A stretch of 24,000 bases of DNA from an uncultured Coriobacteriaceae bacterium (GCA_902798915.1 CADBYM010000007.1:109201-133200), one strand, 5' to 3'; positions 8,866 through 16,537 are shown, numbered from the stretch's first letter. Translations and numbers: made by a program. The notes: a model not told the origin generated them from the letters alone.

Positions 8866-8893
8866 GAGTCAAGGGGTCCTGACCCCTTGACTC
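8866..8893. repeat. Perfect 13-bp palindrome GAGTCAAGGGGTC-ct-GACCCCTTGACTC
   Basis: Read directly. It lies at the truncated 5' edge of the DUF285 fragment and about 150 bp upstream of relB copy 1. Confidence 0.8.
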
Positions 8894-9044
8894 ACAGGGA
8901 CTATTCTTCCATAGGAACAATAGGAACACGGCGGACGCTCCTCCAGCGTGGCATGCCAAAGAGCGCCTCTCCCCATACGGAGGGCAGCTATTGTATTGCA
9001 GAAGTATGTGCATCTGCGTTATCCTTTCGTCTGAGGTGATAATC

Positions 9045-9356
9045 ATGCAGAAGTCAGCAACGCTCAACCTACGGGTTGACCCTGCGGTGAAGCAGTCTGC
9101 CGAGTCCGTCCTGTCGCAGCTCGGCCTCTCCATGTCCACCGCCGTCGACATGTTCCTCCGACAGGTCTCACTTACGGGCGGCATACCGTTCAGGGTAGCC
9201 CTCCCGGAGGCCCCCAGCTCCATCGACGTGGGAACGCTGACCGACGAGCAGCTCCTCGAGGCGCTGTCGCGCGGCCTCGGGGAGGCGGACGAGGGCAGGG
9301 GAGTGGAGGCATCCGCAGCCTTCGCCCGCATGAGGGAGGAGCTCACTGGTGCGTAG
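9045..9356 (+). CDS. RelB/DinJ-family type II antitoxin (copy 1)
   Basis: MQKSATLNLRVDPAVKQSAESVLSQLGLSMSTAVDMFLRQV... is a typical RelB/DinJ ribbon-helix-helix N-terminus. GAGGTG RBS upstream. The 3' end overlaps the toxin start by 8 nt. The paralog at 18599..18910 differs at 15/103 aa by my count. Confidence 0.85.
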   Translation: MQKSATLNLRVDPAVKQSAESVLSQLGLSMSTAVDMFLRQVSLTGGIPFRVALPEAPSSIDVGTLTDEQLLEALSRGLGEADEGRGVEASAAFARMREELTGA

Positions 9357-9696
9357 GTACGAGGTGCGTCTCACGCCCTCTGCCATGGCACAGATCTCGG
9401 ACGCCGTCAGCTACGTGCGCGACGACCTCGGCATGCCGCAGGCGGCTACCAAGCTGCTTGAGGAGCTCGAGGAAGCGGTCATGGGCCTCGCGAACCTGCC
9501 CAATAGGTTCCATGCGGTTGACGCCGAGCCGCTGCTCTCGGCGGGGGTGTGCCGCATGAACGTTCGCAAATACTCTGTCTTTTACCGGGTGGACGAGGCG
9601 AGCCTGGCGGTGGACGTGTTCGCCGTGTTCTACGGGACACCCTCGGACGAGCGGGTCAGGAGGGCCTTCGCGAGCGGGACGGAGGACGGACGATGA
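9349..9696 (+). CDS. RelE/ParE-superfamily type II toxin (copy 1)
   Basis: 115 aa with a GTG start overlapping the antitoxin stop. The size, position and C-terminal ...VDVFAVFYGTPSDER pattern fit RelE/ParE-fold toxins. The paralog at 18903..19250 is about 70% identical by my count. Confidence 0.75.
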   Translation: MRRYEVRLTPSAMAQISDAVSYVRDDLGMPQAATKLLEELEEAVMGLANLPNRFHAVDAEPLLSAGVCRMNVRKYSVFYRVDEASLAVDVFAVFYGTPSDERVRRAFASGTEDGR

Positions 9697-10124
9697 ACAA
9701 GATCACGTGTATCTGCTTGGGCGTGAGGGACATGGCGAGGTCGGTTGCCTTCTACCGCGACGGTCTGGGCTTCCACACCGACTGTGTCGAGGACAGCCCC
9801 CGCGTCTGCTTCTTCGACACGCCGGGGACCAAGTTCGAGCTCTACCCGCTGGATCTGCTGGCGGAGGACATCTGCCCCGACGATCCACCCGCGACTGGCA
9901 GCGGCTTCGGCGGGATCACGCTGACGTACAACGTCGAGCGCAGGGAAGAGGTCGACGAGGTCGTCGAGCTCGTCCGGGCCGCGGGAGGCGCCATCGTGAA
10001 GGAGCCGCAGGAGGTCTTCTGGGGAGGCTACCACGCCTACTTCGCAGACCCGGACGGCTACTACTGGGAGGTCGCGTGGGGCCCGGACTTTAGGTATGAC
10101 GAGGACGGCATGCTGGTGTTCTAG
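9693..10124 (+). CDS. VOC-family (glyoxalase/bleomycin-resistance/dioxygenase fold) protein, copy 1
   Basis: 143 aa: MNKITCICLGVRDMARSVAFYRD.LGF ... FWGGYHAYFADPDGYYWEVAW, a typical VOC beta-alpha-beta-beta-beta module. Its ATG overlaps the toxin stop (ATGA). Paralogs lie at 15800..16231 and 19247..19678. Confidence 0.85.
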   Translation: MNKITCICLGVRDMARSVAFYRDGLGFHTDCVEDSPRVCFFDTPGTKFELYPLDLLAEDICPDDPPATGSGFGGITLTYNVERREEVDEVVELVRAAGGAIVKEPQEVFWGGYHAYFADPDGYYWEVAWGPDFRYDEDGMLVF

Positions 10125-10421
10125 ATTCTTGAATGCCTATGTTTACCAGCGCAGAAGCAGCCGGGCGACGTCATGACGTCACCCGACTTCGAGTGAAGCG
10201 ACGTCCGCGGGCGCGGAAAAGGTGCCCGTGACGTCGCTTTGACGTCCGCGGGGAGGATAGCTGAAAACAAGACGGACACTTACAGGTATGAAAGCGCATC
10301 CTGAGCCTCCGCGCGCTACCACAGCCGAGCTTTTCTGATTGAGTGGGAGTAAGACTAAGACCGCTACATTATTGTGCGATTCTCTAGGCGCTCCGGACGT
10401 GGCTCCGGGGCGCCTATTTCG
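10125..10421 (+). repeat. Family-R repeat, copy B, left part (interrupted by a group II intron)
   Basis: Starts directly after the VOC stop. It contains gacgtcatgacgtca, a hairpin with one imperfection, ctgattgagtgggagtaag, attgtgcgattctctagg and the terminator hairpin. Confidence 0.85.
10386..10419 (+). terminator. Intrinsic-terminator-like hairpin of repeat B (aggcgctccgg...ccggggcgcct + tattt)
   Basis: A 10-11 bp GC-rich stem followed by a T-rich tract. Homologous to the terminators at 14167 and 18428. Confidence 0.6.
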
Positions 10422-12393
10422 GTGTGCCGGGCATGGCACACGCCTAACGGGTGAAAGTCCCGAGCGCACCCGGCAGCGGGAAGCGCATAGCCAAGGGCAA
10501 GGGTGTCCGTCGCGAGGCGGAATCCGAAGGAAGCCGGAGGCGAAACCTCGGCCCGAGGGACACGAACCGCATCAGGCGGGCGCGGAGGGTGAGGCCGCCG
10601 AACAGGCCGAAGCCCCATAGCTGCACGGAATCCGCGGGCGTAAATGCGGCGGGCACGCGAGGCGAAAGGCGTGGGCCTTACCCCGGGAGGCCTCACGGGC
10701 GGGAAAAGGAGGCAAAGGCTGCGGCTTCGCCCACGGAGTGGGCCGCATCGACCGGGCGACCGGCATGCGAGCGACTGCACGCCCGCAGCAACAGCGAACC
10801 GTGAGGAGTCAGCAGAGGCCATAGTAGCGGCGACGCCGGCCGCGAAGGGCCGAACCCAGACGGAGGGAGCCACTGAGGGAGACCATGCGCACGGAAGAAG
10901 GCAGACAACTCCGCCTCGACCTGTTCGGGGAAGGGGGCCAGCCGGGATGGGTAGGGCCGGAAGCCCGAGAGGTACCGGAGGCTTCGACGCGCGCGCGGAG
11001 CACCGAAGCCGACGAACTCGAAGCAACCACAGGCAACACCGGGGACCTGCTCGAACGCATCTGCTCGTGGGAGAACATGAGCGAGGCGTGCGCACGCGTG
11101 GTGCGCAACGGCGGCGCGGGCGGCGTGGACGGCATGGGCGTGGCGGAGCTTCCCGCGTGGCTCGAAGCCAACCACGGGGCGCTGGCGGGCAGGATCCTCG
11201 GGGGGAGGTACCGGCCCGAGCCCGTGAGGCGGGTAGAGATACCCAAGGGGGAGAGGGGCAAGGTCAGGATGCTGGGCATACCCACGGCCGTGGACCGCAT
11301 GGCCCGGCAGGCGGTGGCGCAGCAGATGACGCCGGTATTCGAGCCGAGGTTCCACCGTGACTCCTACGGCTTCCGGCCCGGCAGGTCGGCGCACGACGCG
11401 CTGCTCGCGGTCAAGCGACACGCCGACGCGGGGAACGCGTGGGCGGCGTCGATGGACCTCGAGCGCTTCTTCGACACGGTCAACCAGTCCAAGCTGGCGC
11501 GGCTGCTGTCGGACGCGCTGGCCGACAGGCGGGTGGTGTCGCTCGTGCACCGCTTCCTGATGGCGGGCGTGGTCGTGGACGGCATCGCTGAGCCGACGCC
11601 GGAGGGCACCCCGCAGGGAGGGCCGCTCTCGCCGCTGCTCGCCAACGTCCTGCTCAACGAGCTGGACTGGGAGCTGGAGGGGCGCGGGCACGCCTTCGTG
11701 CGCTACGCGGACGACTTCATCATCCTCAAGCGCAGCCGCAAGGCGGCGGAGAGGGCGATGGAGTCCGTGACGAAGTTCGTGGAGGGAAGGCTGTTCCTGC
11801 GGGTCAACCGCGAGAAGTCGTTCGTCGCGCACATATCAAGAGGCGTCAGGTACCTCGGATACGCCTTCTACGGGAGCGGCGGGGAGCTGCGCTTTCGCGT
11901 GCACCCCAAGTCGCTCGCATCACTGAAGGGCAAGGTCCGGGAGATACTGTCGCGCTCCAACGGCCGGTCGCTCGACTGGCGCAGGCACCGCCTGCGCTGC
12001 CTCGCGAACGGCTGGGTCGGCTACTTCCGGCTCGCCGACATGCGGGGCGTCCTGCGCGACCTCGACTCGTGGGTCCGACGCAAGATACGCTGCGTGTACT
12101 GGAAGTGCTGGAAGCGGAATCGGACCAAGTTCCGCGCCCTCGTGCGCCTCGGCGTCGGCCGTGGGCAGGCGTGGCAGTGGGCGAACTCGCGGAAGGCCTA
12201 CTGGCGCGTGGCGGGAAGCGGCATCCTCTGCCGGGCGTTGAACAACTCAAAGCTCGCCGAGCTAGGCTGGACCCTCTTCTACCCCCGCTACCTGCTATTA
12301 TCGTGTTAAGTCTGGGAACCGCCGTGTACCGAACGGTACGCACGGTGGTGTGGGAGGACGGCGCGCCGACTAACGGCGCGCCTCCTACCCGAT
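10422..12393 (+). mobile_element. Group II intron (bacterial class C-like), complete, about 1.97 kb
   Basis: 5' GTGTG lies at 10422, directly after the terminator T-tract. An RT/maturase ORF sits internally. Domain V (12318..12349) has a CGC triad, a 2-nt AC bulge and a tetraloop. Domain VI (12352..12390) has a bulged A at 12387, 7 nt from the 3' end (...CCUACCCGAU). The boundaries are supported by alignment to uninterrupted repeat copies C and E. Confidence 0.85.
10885..12309 (+). CDS. Group II intron-encoded reverse transcriptase/maturase (no recognisable C-terminal HNH endonuclease domain)
   Basis: RT blocks include GVDGM, RVEIPKGERGKVRMLGIPT, SYGFRPGRSAHDAL, DLERFFD, TPQGGPLSPLLANV and FVRYADDFIIL (YADD). 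A maturase X-like region (GWVGYF...) follows. The start codon is uncertain. Confidence 0.9.
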   Translation: MRTEEGRQLRLDLFGEGGQPGWVGPEAREVPEASTRARSTEADELEATTGNTGDLLERICSWENMSEACARVVRNGGAGGVDGMGVAELPAWLEANHGALAGRILGGRYRPEPVRRVEIPKGERGKVRMLGIPTAVDRMARQAVAQQMTPVFEPRFHRDSYGFRPGRSAHDALLAVKRHADAGNAWAASMDLERFFDTVNQSKLARLLSDALADRRVVSLVHRFLMAGVVVDGIAEPTPEGTPQGGPLSPLLANVLLNELDWELEGRGHAFVRYADDFIILKRSRKAAERAMESVTKFVEGRLFLRVNREKSFVAHISRGVRYLGYAFYGSGGELRFRVHPKSLASLKGKVREILSRSNGRSLDWRRHRLRCLANGWVGYFRLADMRGVLRDLDSWVRRKIRCVYWKCWKRNRTKFRALVRLGVGRGQAWQWANSRKAYWRVAGSGILCRALNNSKLAELGWTLFYPRYLLLSC

Positions 12394-12440
12394 TGCTTTG
12401 AGGGGGCTCTTGTAGCTGCTAGCCAAACGCAGATTACGAA
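12394..12440 (+). repeat. Family-R repeat, copy B, right part (3' exon side of the intron)
   Basis: tgctttgagggggctcttgtagctgctagccaaacgca aligns with tgcttcttggggactcgcgcgcgttttatccaaacgca (copy E) and tgcactgaggggactcgtgtgtctgtctacctaacgcg (copy C). Confidence 0.7.
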
Positions 12441-12458
12441 CTAATGGTCACGGGCATC

Positions 12459-12467
12459 TGCTATAAT
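12459..12467 (+). promoter_or_regulatory. Extended -10 promoter element TGcTATAAT upstream of the MATE gene
   Basis: Perfect TATAAT (12462..12467) with TG at -15/-14, about 117 bp upstream of the ATG at 12584. No good -35. Confidence 0.4.
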
Positions 12468-12583
12468 CCCTCCCAGCGCACAGCCAAATCACCTGTGGAA
12501 GGGCCATGGGGAACATTCGATAGAGCGAGGCGCGCCTTGGCATCTGCCAGGGCGCGTCTCTGTGCATGCCGAAAGGAGTTCCC

Positions 12584-13909
12584 ATGAACCGTACCGAACG
12601 TTTTGCGACCGACCCGATACCCGGTCTTGTGATGAGGACGTGCACGCCGCTCGCGCTTTCGATGCTGGCACAAGGCGTCGACATCGTGGACGACGGCCTG
12701 TTCGTGGCACATTACGGCGAGCTGGCGTACCGAGCCTCAACGGTTGCCTATCCCGTGCAGGTGGCGGTGATGGCAGTCGCGGTGGGGACGAGCATCGGCG
12801 TCAACTCGGTGCTCTCCCGTGCGCTCGGGAGGCGTGATGGGCTGGGCGCGCGCAGCGTGAAGGCCAATGCCCTCTTCCTGGCGCTCGCGGGGGCAGCCGT
12901 GTGCCTCGCCGCTGGCCTCTTCTCGTCCAGCCCCATCGCGAGGTGCTTGACGCGCGACGAGCAGACCCAGTCGCTCGTGACCTCTTACCTGCGCATATAC
13001 CTGATTGGTGCAGGCACGCTCTTCCTATCAGTCACGTTCGAGCGCTTCCTGCAGGCGCACGGGCTCATGCGCGAGTGCATGCTGGTGCAGGTCATGGGCG
13101 TCGTGGTGAACTTGGCGCTCGATTCGCTCCTCATCTTCGTGCTCGACCTGGGGCTCGTGGGCGCGGGCCTGGGCACGGTGCTTGGGCAGGTGGCGTCCGG
13201 CGCCCTTGCCCTAGGCTTTTATCTGCGGGGAGTTGGTATGCCGATCGAGGTTCGCCCGAACGCCGCTTCGTGCTGCGATACCTATGCCGTGGCGCTGCCC
13301 GTAATCCTCACGGAGCTCTCCGAGTCAATCATGATGTTCGTACTCGGTGGTGTGGCTGGTCGGACGGACCCGCTCTTCATGGTTACGTTCACGACATACT
13401 ACAAGCTTTGGGTCTTTGTGTTCCTCGCTATGAACGGTTTCGGACAAGGCCTCATACCGCTCGTGGGCTACAACGTGGGTCGCGGCGACGCGGATCGCGT
13501 TCGTGCTATTGCGCGGTACGGGGCTCGAGTGGTGGCTGCGGGGATGCTGGTCTGCACGTTGGTATTCGTGCTGCTGTGGCGGCCGATGCTCTGGGCCTTC
13601 AAGGCGGACGCCACCATGTACGGTTATGGCGCGCACGTGTTCAGGCAGATGGCGCTGGGCTTCGTCTTCTGCGGAGTGGCGAATACGCTTGCCCTGTGCT
13701 GTACGGCTATCGGAGACGGTCGCGTGCTCATGGTCGCCACCTACCTGCGGCAGCTGATCGTGCCCCTTCCGCTCTTCGCGCTGATCATGGGCACGGTGGG
13801 GGTTTCTTGGGCGTGCCTTGCCTTCGTCGCGGGTGACGTGTGCGCAGCGCTGTACGCGATGAACGCTTGGGGGAGGGCGAGTAGACGCGTGGGCCGAACT
13901 ACGGAGTAG
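12584..13909 (+). CDS. MATE-family multidrug/toxic-compound efflux transporter
   Basis: A polytopic protein of about 441 aa with a 12-TM-like hydrophobicity pattern and MATE-like features. AAAGGAG RBS lies 6 nt upstream of the ATG at 12584 (the listed ORF starts at 12566). Confidence 0.8.
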   Translation: MNRTERFATDPIPGLVMRTCTPLALSMLAQGVDIVDDGLFVAHYGELAYRASTVAYPVQVAVMAVAVGTSIGVNSVLSRALGRRDGLGARSVKANALFLALAGAAVCLAAGLFSSSPIARCLTRDEQTQSLVTSYLRIYLIGAGTLFLSVTFERFLQAHGLMRECMLVQVMGVVVNLALDSLLIFVLDLGLVGAGLGTVLGQVASGALALGFYLRGVGMPIEVRPNAASCCDTYAVALPVILTELSESIMMFVLGGVAGRTDPLFMVTFTTYYKLWVFVFLAMNGFGQGLIPLVGYNVGRGDADRVRAIARYGARVVAAGMLVCTLVFVLLWRPMLWAFKADATMYGYGAHVFRQMALGFVFCGVANTLALCCTAIGDGRVLMVATYLRQLIVPLPLFALIMGTVGVSWACLAFVAGDVCAALYAMNAWGRASRRVGRTTE

Positions 13910-13959
13910 CGGCCCATGTCGATCGACGATGACCATGTGAAGCGCGACGGGAGAACTGG

Positions 13960-14258
13960 CCATCGCGCCAACGCGTTTCTGATCGGGTGGCGTCACGGGT
14001 GCGGAAACGGTGCCCGTGACGTCGCTTTGACGTCCGCAGAGAGGATGGCCAGAGCTACGACGGACAATACGGATTCAAGAGCGCATTTCGAGCCACGACG
14101 AGCAACCACTGCCACACGATTCTGATTGAGTGGGAATAGGGCTTCTACATAATTGTGCGATTCTCCAGGCGCTCCGGACGTGGCTCCGGGGCGCCTTTTT
14201 GGTGCACTGAGGGGACTCGTGTGTCTGTCTACCTAACGCGAACGGCTGTTTTTCTGGT
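13960..14258 (+). repeat. Family-R repeat, copy C (full length but with a ~37-bp internal deletion between GACGTCA cores)
   Basis: cgcgccaacgcg..tcgggtggcgtca|cgggtgcggaaacggtgcccgtgacgtcgctttgacgtcc. Also ctgattgagtgggaatagg, ctacataattgtgcgattctccagg, the terminator, and the gaggggactcgtgtg...cctaacgcgaacgg tail. Confidence 0.8.
14167..14200 (+). terminator. Intrinsic terminator within repeat C (aggcgctccgg-acgtggct-ccggggcgcct + TTTTT)
   Basis: GC-rich stem with one G.U pair, followed by five T. Confidence 0.7.
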
Positions 14259-14316
14259 CTCTTTGCGATCTCGTCAAACGAAAACCCTCGTCAGGTCTTG
14301 CGAAATGCTCTGCAGA

Positions 14317-14408
14317 TTGCAAGTGGATGGTCAAATACATTGCAAATGGATGGTCGATTAGATTGAAAGTTGACGGATAGCCTTATTGCAACTGGACGGT
14401 TGGTATGA
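14317..14408 (+). repeat. Four tandem 23-bp direct repeats (TTGCAAnTGGAyGGT...) ending in an extended -10 (TGgTATGAT, 14401..14409)
   Basis: Units start at 14317, 14340, 14363 and 14386: ttgcaagtggatggtcaaataca / ttgcaaatggatggtcgattaga / ttgaaagttgacggatagcctta / ttgcaactggacggttggtatga. They lie 46-137 bp upstream of the ATPase ATG at 14454. Confidence 0.8.
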
Positions 14409-14453
14409 TAGGATGAATTCATTAGAAACATATGTTCTATTGGGAAGGCCACC

Positions 14454-15710
14454 ATGCAATACCTGCCAAGAATTGCTGATGAACAGCTTACGGAGAAGCT
14501 CTCCTATGCCGGGGCGGTGTGCATCCGCGGTCCCAAATGGTGCGGAAAGACCACCACTGCGGAACAGCATGCGAGGAGCGCGCTCTACATGCAGGATCCC
14601 GATGAGGCGGAGAACAACCTCATGCTCGCCGAGACGCGTCCGTCACTCCTCCTCAGGGGCGAAAGACCGCGCCTCATTGACGAGTGGCAGGACGCTCCGC
14701 AGCTGTGGGATGCTGTTCGCTTCTCAGTCGACAGGGAGCAACTCACAGGCGGCTACATCCTCACGGGGTCCGCTGTTCCAGGAAAACAACCACGGCATAC
14801 GGGTGCGGGCCGAATCTCCTTCCTCGCCATGCGAACCATGTCCCTTAGCGAGACGGGGGACTCTACGGGAGAGGTGTCCCTTGGAGCTCTGTTTGGTGGA
14901 GTGGCAGAACCTGAAGGGTGTTCCGAGAAGAACGTGGAAGATCTCTCGTACCTGATTTGCCGTGGAGGATGGCCTCGTGCAGTTACCGCATCCCGTGAGG
15001 CATCTCTCCACTATGCGGCCGACTACGTGGACGCGGTGTGCAACGAAGATGTCTCACGCGTTGATGGTGTGTCGCGGGACCCTCAGAGCGCGCGCCTTAT
15101 CCTGAGGGAGTATGCGCGCCTGACGGCGACGGCTGCGAGCCTTAACACGGTCAGGGCGGACCTTGCCGCCCATGGGCGTGAACTGTCGAAGGACACGGTC
15201 AACTCGTACCTCTCGGCGATGCGTAAGATTTACACCATCGAGGATCTCGAGTCCTGGAGCCCCTCTCTCAGGGCGCGCTCTCGCATTTCGAAGACACCAG
15301 CAAGGTTCCTGAGCGACCCATCGATTGCCGCTGCGGCACTTGGGACAAACCCCGATGGGCTGCTGAGAGATATGGCGACGTTCGGGGTCTTATTCGAGTC
15401 GTTGTGTGTGCATGACCTCAGGGTGTACGCCGATGCTTTCGGTGGAAAGGTATACCGCTACCACGACAACACCGGGCTCGAGGCAGATGCCGTAGTGACC
15501 CTGCCAGATGGGCGTTACGGCCTCATGGAGGTGAAGCTAGGCGCGAGCTTCGTGGAACAAGGTGCTGCCAGCCTGATGAAGCTGGCATCGAAGCTTGACA
15601 CCTCTGTCATGGGGCAGCCTTCGTTTATGGCGGTGCTCACTCCGGGTGGGTATGCCTACAGGCGAGACGATGGCGTGCTTGTTGTTCCCGTGACGACCCT
15701 TACTCGCTAG
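14454..15710 (+). CDS. AAA+ ATPase (AAA_14-like N-terminus with a DUF4143-like C-terminus)
   Basis: Walker A GPKWCGKTT and Walker B RLIDEWQ. The C-terminal half is homologous to the partial CDS at 1..743. Confidence 0.9.
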   Translation: MQYLPRIADEQLTEKLSYAGAVCIRGPKWCGKTTTAEQHARSALYMQDPDEAENNLMLAETRPSLLLRGERPRLIDEWQDAPQLWDAVRFSVDREQLTGGYILTGSAVPGKQPRHTGAGRISFLAMRTMSLSETGDSTGEVSLGALFGGVAEPEGCSEKNVEDLSYLICRGGWPRAVTASREASLHYAADYVDAVCNEDVSRVDGVSRDPQSARLILREYARLTATAASLNTVRADLAAHGRELSKDTVNSYLSAMRKIYTIEDLESWSPSLRARSRISKTPARFLSDPSIAAAALGTNPDGLLRDMATFGVLFESLCVHDLRVYADAFGGKVYRYHDNTGLEADAVVTLPDGRYGLMEVKLGASFVEQGAASLMKLASKLDTSVMGQPSFMAVLTPGGYAYRRDDGVLVVPVTTLTR

Positions 15711-15799
15711 GGAGCGTGCAATCATCAAGTGTTCCCATATGAGTAAAGCCTGCCAGCTGAACGAAGAAGGATGTCATTATGAATCATGAGGGATGCCAG

Positions 15800-16231
15800 A
15801 TGAACAAGATCACCTGCATATGCCTGGGCGTGAGAGACATGGCGAGGTCGGTTGCCTTCTACCGCGACGAGCTTGGGTTCAAGACTGACTGCGTGGAGGA
15901 CAGCCCTCGCGTCTGCTTCTTCGATACGTCGGGGACCAAGTTCGAGCTGTACCCGCTGGACCTGCTGGCGGAGGACATCTGCCCTGACGACCCTCCGATG
16001 ATCGGCGGCGGCTTCGGCGGCATCACGCTGGCGTACAACGTCGCCAGGCGGGAAGAGGTCGACGAGGTGGTCGAGCTCGTCCGCGCTGCCGGCGGCACCG
16101 TCGTCAAGGAGCCCCAGGAGGTTTTCTGGGGAGGCTACCACGCGTACTTCGCGGACCCCGACCGCTACTACTGGGAGGTTGCCTGGGGCCCGGACTTCGA
16201 GTACGACGAGGATGGCATGCTGGTGTTCTAG
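15800..16231 (+). CDS. VOC-family protein, copy 2
   Basis: 143 aa, differing from copy 1 at 12/143 residues by my count. An upstream in-frame ATG at 15779 is an alternative start. The repeat begins right after the stop. Confidence 0.85.
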   Translation: MNKITCICLGVRDMARSVAFYRDELGFKTDCVEDSPRVCFFDTSGTKFELYPLDLLAEDICPDDPPMIGGGFGGITLAYNVARREEVDEVVELVRAAGGTVVKEPQEVFWGGYHAYFADPDRYYWEVAWGPDFEYDEDGMLVF

Positions 16232-16537
16232 AATCACCATGTCTACCAGCCCAAACGCAGTCGCTTGACTCATGACGCCGCCCGGCTCCAAGTGAGGCGA
16301 CGTCACGGGTGCGAGAACGGTGCCCGTGACGTCGTTTTGACGTCCGTAGGGAGGGTGGTCAAAACCACGGTAGAGACAAGAGATGCGACGGAGCATCTCG
16401 AACCACCGCGAGCCGCCACGGCCACGCAATCCTGATCGAGTGGGAGTAGGGCCGCTACAGAATTGTGCGATTCTCTAGGCGTCTCGAAGGGACTCGTGTG
16501 CCTGCAAGCCTAACGCGAGCGGTCGTATTTCCGGTCG
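16232..16537 (+). repeat. Family-R repeat, copy D (terminator hairpin deleted; tail retained)
   Basis: ctaccagcccaaacgcag..., hairpin 16297..16335, cctgatcgagtgggagtagg, ctacagaattgtgcgattctctaggcg. It then runs directly into tctcgaagggactcgtgtgcctgcaagcctaacgcgagcggtcg. Confidence 0.85.

Noticed and set aside
7900-8882. 290-aa (-) and 265-aa (+) ORFs overlapping the DUF285-like gene
   Set aside because: They have extreme Arg/His/Ala composition. The 8127..8846 frame instead shows recognisable BspA/DUF285 repeat units.
10125-10421. Canonical integron attC sites / XerCD dif-like site (ctacataattgtgcgatt)
   Set aside because: I could find no R''-L''...L'-R' organisation with a GTTRRRY core, and the elements are several-fold longer than attC. 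The CATAA-containing stretch lacks the opposing TTATG arm of dif sites. The integron analogy is kept only at the level of array organisation.
10364-11832. ORFs 10693..11832 (-), 10644..11360 (+) and 10364..11095 (-) inside the intron
   Set aside because: They overlap structured intron RNA domains I-IV or lie antisense or out-of-frame to the RT/maturase ORF. Arg-rich, with no motifs.
10885-12309. Reverse transcriptase as part of a retron, DGR, Abi/DRT defence system
   Set aside because: The RT is embedded in a canonical group II intron with a GTGTG 5' end, domain V with a CGC triad and domain VI with a bulged A. It has a maturase X region. No msr/msd-like inverted repeats or TR/VR pair are evident.
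12901-13996. 311-aa (+) and 223-aa (-) ORFs overlapping the MATE gene
   Set aside because: They are alternative-frame or antisense shadows. Only the 12584..13909 frame gives a coherent polytopic membrane protein.
14152-14166. The conserved tGTGCGattc in the repeat as 5' ends (GUGYG) of degenerate group II introns
   Set aside because: Copies C, D and E have no intron domains after it. The real intron in copy B starts ~45 nt further downstream, after the terminator hairpin, as the empty-site alignment shows. The GTGCG is just part of the repeat.
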